Assembly: GCA_039621445.1 (NCBI GenBank)
Contig: CP154954.1
Span: forward strand, 36,689,703 to 36,753,702
Source: Euglena gracilis
Lineage: Eukaryota
DNA length: 64,000 bases
Direction of reading: 5' to 3'
Shown here: piece after piece, positions 12,001-24,194 of the stretch
Position numbering within the stretch: the stretch's first letter is position 1
Layout: every line of letters starts with the position of its first letter
The notes under the pieces: model-generated
What the model was told of the DNA's origin: nothing
The model's database searches: none
Seen by the model: only the letters and a program-made list of their open reading frames with translations
Made by a program: the position numbers and the translations under genes

Positions 12001-14683
12001 AATGGCCCCAAAATGGCAAAAAATGACCACTTTCTGGACCCGAAAATCACCGATTTTAGGATGCGTTCCGCCCGCGCGGCTACCCTCGGACCCCCCCTCC
12101 CCCCCCCCCCCCCGCCCGCACCGCCGCTCCCCCCCACTCAGCCCCCCCCCCGCTGTGCCTAGCCTCCCATGCCCACCCTGTCGTTGGACTGGGTGTGCCG
12201 CACTATTGGGCTGTGCATCGAACAAAATTTTTTTGCGTCCCCCCCCGGACCCCACCTCCCCTGGGGGTGCCTTCTATTTCCAAAACAGGGCCATTTTTTT
12301 GTACCAAAATTGTATATCCACCCCAGTGGTCCCCAAATGGTAAATTTCATTGGGGTTGTACCCCCTGCGACCCCCCACCACCGCAGATGGAGGGTTTCCG
12401 CAACCCAATAGGGGCCAAAAAATGACCTGATTATCATGCCCCCCCCCCCCTCATACCACCTCTTCCCCCTAATTGACCCCCCCCAATTGACCAAACGCCC
12501 CGGAGAAAATTTTTTGAACCCCCCCCTAATTGACTGCCCAGGGGGATTCTGTAGCACCCCTTATTTGACGGCACCCCCCCCCCTAATTGACGCCCCCCTC
12601 CCCCCCTAATTGAACCCCCCCCCTAATTGACCAAAAGGGGGGTGACCGTGGAGAGGTCCCACGTTGGAGATCAGGCAGTAGACTTTGGTCATTTTGACCC
12701 CCTCCCCCCCCCTATGGCGAAGTTCACCGTTTGAAAGTTCACCGGGGGGTCCCAGACCCCCTCCCCCCCCTCTGCCTGACCCATCGGTGAACTTCACCGG
12801 TGAAGTTCACCAAGAGAGTACTTTTTTTGGCCAAAAATGACCAAAAATGGCATTTTGGGTAAGTTTTCGGAAATTTCGATAAAATTCCATGAAGCATCAA
12901 CCTCAAAATGACCATTTTGAGAGGAAAGGGGCAAATTTTTACCCATGAAAATTTCACTCCCAACCATCAAAACGGTGAAGTTCACCGGTGAACTTCACCA
13001 GTGAACTTCACCGCCGAAAGCACCCCCCCCCCGGTGAATGTTCACCGGTGAACTTCACCGGGGGGTCCACAGGGGGTGCTACCCCCGTGACCCCCCCCGT
13101 GACCCCCCCGTGACCCGCCCGTGACCCGAGAATCGAGCCTTCAATTTTCATACAATGCATCAACCTTCATCATTTCAGCCTTTCTTTTCATTCATCATTT
13201 CAACCTGCTTTTTGATGTAGGTGGCAATTTTGGTCGCTTTTCATCAATTTTCTGGTTGAAAGCATTGAAAATTTGCCTTGGCATGGTCCATAAAAAAAGC
13301 AGCGTGAATTTGACCCATGGGGGTGTTGGGGACGCGGGGGGACGCGGGGGGACGCGGGGGGGGGGGGACGCGGGAGGCACCACCATTCTAGGGACCATGA
13401 TCGAAGCTGACGGTTTTCTGTTCTTTTCACCGATTTCAGGATGCGTTCTGCCCTTCTCGTGATGTGATGCAACATCATTGTTTGTTTAAAACGAAGTCAA
13501 AAAAAAACACGTTTTTTTAAATAAAAAAAACATGTTTTTTTTTAAACAAAAACAAAAAAAACGCCATTGAGGGTCCAGGGCGAAAATTTTTTTTGCCTTT
13601 AACTTTAGCTTTTTTTTGCCCATCCTCAGGCAGAGAAAGACACCAAATTTGGGATGTTTCAAGTTGAAACATCCCAAAATGGCAGAAAAATGCCCTATTT
13701 TAACCATTCTTGTTGAAGACCTCCAAAAGTATTGGTTTTCAAGTCATTTGAGCTAAGATTGGTTCACCCTTGCGATCAAAGGCAAAATTTGGACCATCAT
13801 TTTCCCCTTTGCTCTTTTTCCGTTTTTTTGCCTGCTTTTTTTAATAAAAAAAAAACGTTTTTAAAAAAAAAACAAAAAAAAGCCAACTATGTCAAAGTGG
13901 CATACTTCCCCCGTGACCCCCCCCGTGACCCCCCCCCGTGACCCCCCCGTGACCCGCACCACCCCCACAGCCCCCCACCCCTGCTTAACCTCCGTTCAAT
14001 CAAGGGGGGGGGAGGTGGAATAAGACCCCCTGCCAAAATCCAAGGGGGGTGTTATTTGGCATGGTAGGAATTGGCACCCAAAGGAATCAAAACTACCAAA
14101 AAAAAACGTGTGATAAATTCTTGACTGGATCTATTTTTGGACCCAAAAGTTTTCAGGACAGAATCGTCGTCCAAAAAACCCGTGGAGGGGGACGGCGGTT
14201 CTGCCCTGAACCCGGCGTCCCAAACGCCGGTTTAACCAGAAAAGGGGGAGGGGGGACGGTTTTGGGGACCCGAACTCGACAGCCTAGCCCCATTTGCCCC
14301 CCCCCCAGTGCAAAACAGTGGATGTGGGCGGGGGGCAATGGGTGGCCGGCTGACTAGTCGGCTGACCACCCAGTTGGATGGCCGACTAGGCCTAGTTGGT
14401 AGCTGGTCGGCGAGACGGGGTGGGGTGGGGGGGGGGAGTGGTGGGTAGTCGGCCGACTAGTCGGCGAAATACCCCCTCCAATGTGCTAACGGGTCAAAGC
14501 GCCGACTTTTAAGCACCCCCCTGAAAAAAACGTACGTAGAAATCACCTCAACGCCACTCAAAACCCACCCAAATGGCTCCAGAGCCCCCAATTGGGGGTG
14601 AATATGCAAAAACTGGGGGGGGATGTCCATATTGGGCCCCTTTTTGACAAAAGAACACCTCTCCCCATTGGATTTTCAATATA

Positions 14684-14839
14684 CCATGCCCCCCCCCCCA
14701 CATAAGACCCCCCCCTAGCCGGCCGAAGGCCGGCCCTTTGGCCGGGACCGACCCCCCCATATAAGCCCCCCATATAAGACCCCCCCCCCCCCGGGATTTT
14801 GGCTCCCGAGGGGGGGTCTTATATGGGGGGGGGGCATGG
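14684..14839. mobile_element. TA-target MITE
   Basis: ta|ccatgccccccc...gggggcatgg|ta. Confidence 0.75.
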
Positions 14840-15949
14840 TAATGTCAAGATTTCGCACAAAAAGGACTTAGCCTTCCAAGTATGTTGCCAACATAGAAGG
14901 GATTTTGTTATTTGAGGGGGGGGGCGGAGCCCCCCCCGCCTGTGCCAAAGTGAGCCACAAAAAACGACTTAGCCCCCAAGTGTGTTGCCAACACAGAAGG
15001 GATTTTGCTATTTGAAACTCGGATGGGAGGTGGGGGGGGTGTTTTCTGCCCTTCGTAACGCAGAAAGCTTGCATTTCTAAAGGATTTTCATGTAATCCCT
15101 TTTTCATTGTTAATTTTGTAACCCTCTGGACCCCCATCACAGGCCCACCCACCCCCACCGACCAAAGATTTTCATCTGAGGGTGTTTATGTTGGTGTTAG
15201 GCACTTATTTGGACCCATCCGGACCATTTCCAGGTGATTTGGGTCCGCCACGGACCATTTTTATGACCATCGACTACCGGGGCACCAACTGGTTTGCATA
15301 GGATTTTCTTCATGGGGCCTGTTAGTACAAAAGAGTGGGTAGCCGGCCCACTACACAATACCCCCCATCCCGTCTCGCCGACCACCTACCGCGGCCGACC
15401 ACCCACTACCATCCCCCAGTCCACCGCCATGGAGGTTGGGGGGGGGTGCTGCGGACCCCCCGGTGAACTTCACCGGTGAAGTCCACCGGCCAAAAAAGTC
15501 CTCGTGGTGAACGTTCACCGCTGGAGGTTCGGCAGCCCCCCCCCCCCTGGTCACCCGACCCCCTCGGCACGGCGTGCCGAACCATACCAATGAATTTTCC
15601 TTTGGGAAAACAGCTTCACCCAAACCGTGCCCCGGGCACGTGCCGTGTTCCGTTTCAGCTCCAAACGGGAATTGAATTCACGGCGGGTAGCACTGGTTCG
15701 CCCAGACCGTGCCCCGGGCCCAGGGGAATTGCTCTTTTTTGCCCTCGCTCCGTGAAGAACATCCCTTGCCTTTCTCACGGTGGGTAGCACAGCTTCACCC
15801 AAACCGTGCCCCGGGCCCAGGGAAACGTCTCTTTTGGCCCTCGCCACAAGAGGAACCCCCTTGTGACTCCCTGTGCCGCCACAGGTCGCGGGTGGGATAT
15901 ACTGCGGGGTTTTTACAAAGTGGTACACTGTTCGGTGACCGAGTGAGAG

Positions 15950-16790
15950 GTTAGTGGAAAATGAGCAAGGCTCATCCTCAATATATATAAAAGTGCTGGG
16001 GGGGGCGCGTGTGTGTTGTGGTGTTGCCCTCTTTGGCGTGTTTGTGTCGTTTCTGCGGAGAGTGGAAAATGAGCGAGGCTCACCTTAAATACAGTGCTTG
16101 GGGTGATGGGTGTGGCTCTTGTTGCCTTCCTTGACGTGTTTGTCTCGGGTGGTTGCCTTCCTTGGCGCGTGGGAGTTGTGTTGTGGACAGGTTGTGTGGC
16201 GCGGACTGCCGGACGGTTGCGTTTGTGTTGGTCGGGTTGGGTTATATTCTGTTGGGCCAACGGTGTCGGTGAAATGGGGTTTGGATTTAGGTTGAGTAGG
16301 GAGAGTGAGAGCCTCTACAGGAGGTGTCGGCATTTGTGGATGGTTCAGTGTAGAAGCACCACACAAGCTGTTTCGAGATCTCTTTGGCAAGTGTCAGGGA
16401 GAGGCCTTGCCAGACCTCTGCTTCAGTTTGACGTTGCTGCCAGCCCTCCCGCTGCCCCAGCAGGGCTTTGAGGAGGGTGGACATCAGTGAGCGGCCTTCC
16501 TGGCCCAGTCCCCCGAAGCAGTCAAGCACGAAGGCAGTGAGCCTCCACCCCCGCCTTGCACAGGCGGCATCATATTTCCGGTGTTTTTCGGCTTCTTGCC
16601 TCTCCTGCCACGCTTGCAGTTGGGTGGCACGACCAAGAGGGTTGCTTGGAATTTGGGTGTGTCGAATGGTGACGTCGATTGCCACGGGTCCGTCACTGTC
16701 CAGACGTGGAATAAAAACATCGCCGGGGCGGGTGTTGTCGTCAGCCCGTTGCTCTTTCTTGGCTTGGCTCGCTCCGTTTTCATCGTTCGG
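15950..16790 (-). mobile_element. 5'-truncated non-LTR retrotransposon, RLE (CRE/SLACS-like) clade
   Basis: ORF 16287-16865(-) has RPGDV...VAIDVT...EAEKHRKY...AFVLDCFGGLG, a PD-(D/E)xK restriction-like endonuclease C-terminus; putative 3' UTR follows; boundaries approximate. Confidence 0.8.
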
Positions 16791-18190
16791 CGAACTTCGC
16801 AATTCCGAAATCGTCATCAACGACGAGATGAAGTTCAACGCAACGATTGTGCATTTGTTCTGCACACTGCTGGTGTGTTTTGTTTTGTGATTGGTTGGGG
16901 ATCAGCTACAACCAATGCCAATTTTTTTTGGCAAAGTGACAAAAAGTTGTCAGGGGAAAAAATTCAAAAAGAAATGAAACAGTATCAACAAAATATGTGT
17001 CTCTAATTCAGTTCGGGTTGGGACAAGTCACTACAAAATGCAAGTGAACGGTGGCGCGGATTTCGGCACTGGAGCGGTGCTGGAATGGAGTGCTGGACGT
17101 GATTTTGCCTTCAAAACTCACAAAGAGCACCACATGGCTGAGATGGGCCTTTTGCAGAATGGCAGAAGCTTCTGAGTGCTGAACTCACTTCAGAGACTGC
17201 CAACTGCAGTGCATCTGTAGAAAATCTCTCTGTGCAAAAAGAAACAATAAACACGCGCTTTGTGGACACATGCGCTTCGAGCAGTTGCGCGGATGTCCAC
17301 CTTCAGCGTCGTTAACACCACCGGCATTGTCATCAAAAAACTTGTGGAGTTGAGGCAAAATTTGACGCACTGCAGGGCAGTGCAATGCCATGCAGCGAAG
17401 TGGCAGTGCCTGGCAACGCAATGGCAGTGACAGTGCAGTGGTTTGGGTTTCAAAACAGAGTGCAATGGCAATGCAGTGCAGTGGAGTGCAGTGCAGTGGC
17501 GTTGGCTGTGTTGTGATTCATCAGCACTCCAACCCAGAACTGCGTCAGTGCCGACCACTGGCTCCTCCATGCTGTTGCATTTTGTTGTGGCTTGTCGCAA
17601 GTCCCATGTGCACCTCATCAATCAAGCAGGTGAAATGCTTGCGTGCCAAAAGATGCAAGTGCCAAATGTTGCAACTGTCAGCTGTCAGTTAAACCAAGAC
17701 GGTTCTTGTTCACTGGTTCTTGAAGGAATCAAGGGTTAGGGTCAGAGTCAGGGTTGGGGTTAGGTGAGGGTCAGGTTTAGGGCAGCTGGCGGTCGAGTGG
17801 CGAACAGCACCACCAAGTCTTTTTTCCAAAAACCTGCACTTCATGACCTTCATTGTTCAGTGACCAAGCGTTCCACCATCTGGACCCTATGCAGTCATGT
17901 TTGAGTTTTTCAAATGGCGGTACTTGCTCGCCAAGGGACCTTCACCCAAAATTTTACAAGTCGGTTGCCCTGAGGCCTGAATTGTGGTTGTGTGATACAT
18001 CTGATGGTTTTGGGGTGAATTTTTGCTTTTGGGGGGGGGGAGGGTATGCACAAGATTTGACCAATTTTGCATAGGTCAAAAAATGAGGGGGTGGGGGTCC
18101 TCCAGCCACCCCCTTAATTGGCCAAATGGGGGTCTGAAGCCATTAGTTAAATTGGGCTGAGTTGAGGGCATTTTGGGCAATCCTTCGGTA

Positions 18191-18428
18191 CCACCTCCCC
18201 CCCCCCCTAATTGACCGTGGGACCTCTCCACGGTCACCCCCCATTTGGTCAATTAGGGGGGGGGTTCAATTAGGGGGGGGTTGGTCAATTAGGGAAGGGG
18301 TACCGTCTTTTTGGGGGTGCTTCGGCACGGAATCCCCCCGGGCAGTCAATTAGGGGGGGGGGGGTTGAAAAAATTTTCCCCGGGGCGTTTGGTCAATTAG
18401 GGGGGGGTCAATTAGGGGGGGGAGGTGG
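18191..18428. mobile_element. TA-target MITE with ctaattgac repeats
   Basis: ta|ccacctccccc...ctaattgacc / ggtcaattag...ggaggtgg|ta; inverted relative at ~12456-12660. Confidence 0.75.
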
Positions 18429-18518
18429 TAATAAATTTTCAACACAAAAAAAGTCAGCCATTTTTAGCCATTTTGATCCGTTTTGAATCCATTTTCACAC
18501 TTTCCTCCTCTGTCACAG

Positions 18519-18578
18519 CTCCAGCACCACCTCCCTCCCGCCGCCGATCACTTGGTGACCGCCGGCGCCTCTCCCCTT
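18519..18578 (+). CDS. First recognisable exon (LQHHLPPAADHLVTAGASPL)
   Basis: Pyrimidine tract then cacag acceptor at 18518; peptide is a diverged copy of the AHHLVIAGPAALPL repeat; followed by N3-CAG hairpin intron. Confidence 0.6.
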
Positions 18579-21500
18579 CCTCAGCCACACAATTGCTCCG
18601 GACCAAAAACCACATCTTTGGTGAGAAAAGTCGGACAGAATCTCATTAAAATGTGGGGGAATCTCACAAATTGTGAAGGAAAATGCCAACTGCAAAGACC
18701 TCCACCAGGGAAAATACCATGATGAGCACCCCATGACGCAACCACCCGGGGCAATTTGGGCAAACCTGGAGTATTTCCCCTATTTGGAGCAATTGCATGC
18801 TGACAATTCCTCCCCGCCCCTCTCCCTCCTCTCCCCGCCGCCCTCCCCCTTCCACTCGCCCTCCCCATGCCGGCGCACAGGGTTGCATGGGAAGCTCCGC
18901 AGACATGAGGTAGTTGGCAGGGGAGGGTCACCCACCCCCCCCCCCAGGGGGGTACGGTGGCGAGGGGGATCCACCCCCCCCAGTGTCAAAAGGAGGGTCC
19001 CCCCACCCCCCTCCCCCTCCTCCCCCTCCAAAAAAAATCTTCCGACGCTTCGCACTAAGTGTGCATTTTGGGACCCTCTTGAGGCTCAGCATGAAATTTC
19101 GGCAAAATGGCCAAAAACGACGTCACTCGGGACAGGCGGGGAGTTGTGGGGAAATCAAAATACTGTTAGATGGGCCATTTTAAGGGCTGCAATTTTGTTC
19201 TCCGGACATGTCCTCTAATTCCCTGCCATTTTGAGAAATACCAGAAATTGATTTTTTGACCTCCCCAAAAAACGGCCAAAATTTTCGACAACCGAAAACT
19301 GGGGTTGGAGTCCCAACCCCCCCCCCCCCATTTTGGAAGGATGCTCCCCCCACTCCCTCCTCCGAGATTCCCATGCGGCCCTGCCGCCGCATCACCTGGT
19401 GATCGCCGGCCCCGCCGCCCTCCCCCTTCGCCTCGCCCTCCCCACGCCGGCACACAGGATTGCATGGGAAGTTCCGCAGACAGAGGTTGGTGGTAGCACC
19501 CCCCCCCCCTGGGGGGCAAGGTGGCGGGGGGCCATTTCTGAGAAATGCCCAAAAAGCTGATTTTTTTTAACCCGGAAAATGGCCAAAAATTTCGGCAACC
19601 GAAAACTGGGGGTCGGAGGCGAGGTCCTACCCCCCCCCCCAAGCTTTTGAAGGGTGCTCCCCCCCACTCCCTCCTCCGAGATTCCCATGCGGCCCTGCCG
19701 CCGCATCACCTGGTGATCGCCGGCCCCGCCGCCCTCCCCCTTCGCCTTGTCGCCCTCCCCCTTCGCCTCGCCCTCCCCACGCCGGCACACAGGGTTGCAT
19801 GGGAAGTTCCTCAGACACAGAGGTTGGTGGTAGCAACCCCCCGGCGAGGGGGGGGGGGGCAAGGTGGCGGGGGGCCATTTCTGAGAAATGCCCCAAAAGC
19901 TGATTTTTTTAACCCGGAAAATGGCCAAAAATTTCGGCAACCGAAAACTGGGGGTCGGAGGCGAGGTCCTACCCCCCCCCCCCAAGCTTTGGAAGGGTGC
20001 TCCCCCCACTCCCTCCTCTGAGATTCCCATGCGACCCTGCCGCCGTATCACCTGGTGATCGCCGGCCCCGCCGCCCTCCCCCTTCGCCTCGCCCTCCCCA
20101 CGCCGGCACACAGGGTTGCATGGGAAGTTCCGCAGACAGAGGTTGGTGGTAGCAACCCCCCCCCCCGGGGGGGCAAGCTGGCGGGGGGCCATTTCTGAGA
20201 AATGCCCAAAAAGCTGATTTTTTAACCCGGAAAATGGCCAAAAATTTCGGCAACCGAAAACTGGGGGTCGGAGGCGAGGTCCTCCCCCCCCCCCAGCTTT
20301 GGAAGGGTGCTCCCCCCCACTCCCTCCTCCGAGATTCCCATGCGGCCCTGCCGCCGCATCACCTGGTGATCGCCGGCCCCGCCGCCCTCCCCCTTCGCCT
20401 CGTCGCCCTCCCCCTTCGCCTCGCCCTCCCCACGCCGGCACACAGGGTTGCATGGGAAGTTCCGCAGGCAGAGGTTGGTGGTAGCACCCCCCCCTGGGGG
20501 GGCAAGGTGGCGGGGGGCCATTTCTGAGAAATGCCCAAAAAGCTGATTTTTTTAACCCGGAAAATGGCCAAAAATTTCGGCAACCGAAAACTGGGGGTCG
20601 GAGGCGAGGTCCTACCCCCCCCCCAAGCTTTTGAAGGGTGCTCCCCCCCACTCCCTCCTCTGAGATTCCCATGCGACCCTGCCGCCGTATCACCTGGTGA
20701 TCGCCGGCCCCGCCGCCCTCCCCCTTCGCCTCGTCGCCCTCCCCCTTCGCCTCGCCCTCCCCACGCCGGCACACAGGGTTGCATGGGAAGTTCCGCAGGC
20801 AGAGGTTGGTGGTAGCACCCCCCCCTGGGGGGGCAAGGTGGCGGGGGGCCATTTCTGAGAAATGCCCAAAAAGCTGATTTTTTTTAACCCGGAAAATGGC
20901 CAAAAATTTCGGCAACCGAAAACTGGGGGTCGGAGGCGAGGTCCTACCCCCCCCCCCCAGCTTTGGAAGGGTGCTCCCCCCACTCCCTCCTCTGAGATTC
21001 CCATGCGACCCTGCCGCCGTATCACCTGGTGATCGCCGGCCCCGCCGCCCTCCCCCTTCGCCTCGCCCTCCCCACGCCGGCACACAGGGTTGCATGGGAA
21101 GTTCCTCAGACACAGAGGTTGGTGGTAGCAACCCCCCCCCCCCCCCCCGGGGGGAAAGGTGGCGGGGGGCCATTTCTGAGAAATGCCCAAAAAGCTGATT
21201 TTTTTTAACCCGGAAAATGGCCAAAAATTTCGGCAACCGAAAACTGGGGGTCGGAGGCGAGGTCCTCCCACCCCCCCCCCAGCTTTGGAAGGGCGCTCCC
21301 CCCCCACTCCCTCCTCCGAGATTCCCATGCGGCCCTGCCGCCGCATCACCTGGTGATCGCCGGCCCCGCCGCCCTCCCCCTTCGCCTCGCCATTCTCCCG
21401 GTGGCCCCCATCCTGGCCCTCCCGGCCCCCGCCCTGGCCCTCCCGGCCCCCGCCCTGGCCCTCCCGGCCCCCGCCCTGGCCCTCCCGGCCCCCGCCCTGG

Positions 21501-24162
21501 CCCTCCCGGCCCCCGCCCTGGCCCTCCCGGCCCCCGCCCTGGCCCTCCCGGCCCCCGCCCTGGCCCTCCCGGCCCCCGCCCTGGCCCTCCCGGCCCCCGT
21601 CCTGGCCCTCCCGGCCCCCGCCCAGGCCCTCCCGGCCCCCACCGTGTTGGCCCTCCCAGCGCCCACCCCGCTGGCCACACTATTGCTCAACGCCGGTCCT
21701 ACCCCAACCGGGGGGGCCGGGGGGGGGTGACCAACTGGTTTCTTCAGAGTGACTGACTGGTTTTTTGCCCCCCCCCCCCAAGGGGTGGGGTAGGCCCGAA
21801 AATGAAAAAGTGTATTTTTCGAGATTTTTTGGCAAATGCTCATTGCCTCCTGCAGAGTGGCCAATCCCTCCGGGGGGGGGGGACTGACTGGTTTTTTTGG
21901 AGTGGAAAGCAACCCCCTTCCCCCCCCCCGGGGTCGCTGAGCAATGGTGTGCTGCTGGCCCTCCCAGCGCCCATCCTGCCGGCCCCCCGGCCCATCCTGC
22001 TGGCCCTCCCAGCACCCACGCTGCCGGCCTGCCGGCCCATCTTGCTGGCCACACCATTGCTCAACACCTGTCGTACCCCAACCGGGGGGGGGGGGTATGC
22101 CCAATAATGAAATGGTGGCTGGCCTGACGCCGAAGTTGCAGGAATTTTTTTTGGATTTTTGTATGTATATATAATATGTTTTTTTTTAATATAAATATGT
22201 ATATGTATGTATACGTCTGTACACATACAATGAAAAAGTGACTGACTGGGTTTTCCGGAAGTAGTGACTGACTGGTTTTTTTTTGGAGTGGAAAGCAACC
22301 CCCTTCCCCCCCCCCCCCCCGGGGCGCTGAGCAATGGTGTGCTGCTGGCCCTCCCGGCACCCATCCCGCCAGCCCTCCCAGCCCTGCGGCCTGTTCAGGG
22401 TTTGTTCCCCTGGTGCACCTGACATGTTTTTTTCCCTTCAGAAATTATCGTTTTGCAAGGGGTTGCCCGCCAAAATGGCCAAATGTGCCCACCTGCTGCC
22501 AGGTTTTTTTTGAAGGTTTGCCGAAGATGTATCCATTTTGGACTTTCTCGACCGAGCAGAAGTCCCGGGGCTGTGCAGAAACCCTCAACAGCCAATGGGT
22601 AACAAATGACAGATCAATGATATATAGTTATGTGCAACGTCCCCATTTTTCTGCACAACAACCAACCCTCGCCCCACCCCGCCGCCATCAACCAACCTCT
22701 TCCTCTACAACTACACTCCACTCAACTACTTCTACAACTACACTCCGCCACCTGCCCCAGCAGCCCCCAGCACCATCGATGCCGCCGCCCCCACGTTCCG
22801 CCCCAAACCTCCGATGCCCCCGGCCCCAATGCCCGCGCCCATCCCCAAGCCCACCAACAACACTCCCACCCCCACCACGACTGCAACGACAACCGCCACC
22901 ACCTGGGCTGTGGCCATCGTCGCCGTCATGCTCCTCTTCCTCGCCTTCCAGGTATGTCTTGTTTACATTCCACGCATAATGGTCAGTCGCTGCAGTGTGA
23001 TCCGAGTGATGCCAGTCGGTGCAGAGTGATCCGATACGGGCGACACCACTGTCACCGGAGCCAGTGCTGGTGAACACCCTGCAGTAGCGAAACTTTGGCA
23101 ATTATTTTTTTGGAATAATTCGGGGCGGGGGACAGGATGGGGGGAGGCGTGATTTTTCAGAGACAGATTGCCTCAATGCCAGCAAATTGGGGGGTGCCAA
23201 AAAGTGCGACCAGGCCCCCGGGACCAGGTCGGCTGGGTTCCCCGACCCCAAAAACCCCACTGTCACCGGAACCACTGCTGGTAAAACACCCCGCAATAGC
23301 AAAATTTTGGCCATTTTTCAGTATAATTCGGGGCGGGGGCGGGGGGTGGGGGGGGGGGCGTGATTTTTTGGGGCCAGATTGCCTCAATGCCAGGAATTTG
23401 GGGGGTGCCAAAAAGTGCGACCAGCCCCCGGGACCAGGTCGGCTGGGTTCCCCACCCCCAAAAACCCCACTGTCACCGGAACCACTGCTGGCAAAACACC
23501 GCTGGTAAAACACCCCGCAATAGCGAAATTTTGGCCATTTTTCAGTATAATTTGGGGCGAGGGGGGGGCGTGATTTTTTGGGGCCAGATTGCCTCAATGC
23601 CAGGAATTTGGGGGGTGCCAAAAAGTGCGACCAGCCCCCGGGACCAGGTCGGCTGGGTTCCCCACCCCCAAAAACCCCACTGTCACCGGAACCACTGCTG
23701 TTAAAACACCCTGCAAAAGCGAAATTTTGGTAATTTTTAAGTGTAATTCGGGGCGGGGGCGGGGGGTGGGGGGGGGCGTGATTTTTTGGGGCCAGATTGC
23801 CTCAATGCCAGGAATTTGGGGGGTGCCAAAAAGTGCGACCAGCCCCCGGGACCAGGTCGGCTGGGTTCCCCACCGCCAAAAACCCCACTGTCACCGGAAC
23901 CACTGCTGGTGGTAAAACACCCCGCAATAGCGAAATTTTGGTAATTTTTAAGTGCAATTCGGGGCGGGGGGGGGGGCGTGATTTTTTTGGGGCCAGATTG
24001 CCTCAATGGCAGGAATTTGGGGGGTGCCAAAAAGTGCGACCAGCCCCCGGGACCAGGTCGGCTGGGTTCCCCACCGCCAAAAACCCCACTGTCACCGGAA
24101 CCACTGCTGGTAAAACACCCCGCAAAAGCGAAATTTTGGTAATTTTTAAGTGTAATTCGGGG

Positions 24163-24194
<32 letters not shown>

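Noticed and set aside
16786-16860. Codon-like + strand stretch FGELRNSEIVINDEMKFNATIVHL at the retroelement junction
   Set aside because: Too short, no splice signals or partner exons.
1-18518. Upstream exons, start codon or trans-splice acceptor of the main gene; tRNA, rRNA or SL-RNA genes
   Set aside because: None could be supported; the region is almost entirely nested MITEs.
19392-21680. 762-aa minus-strand ORF with GPGGPGR repeats
   Set aside because: Antisense read-through of the MITE/exon array and 21-bp minisatellite; the + strand spliced frame has coherent phase and codon usage.
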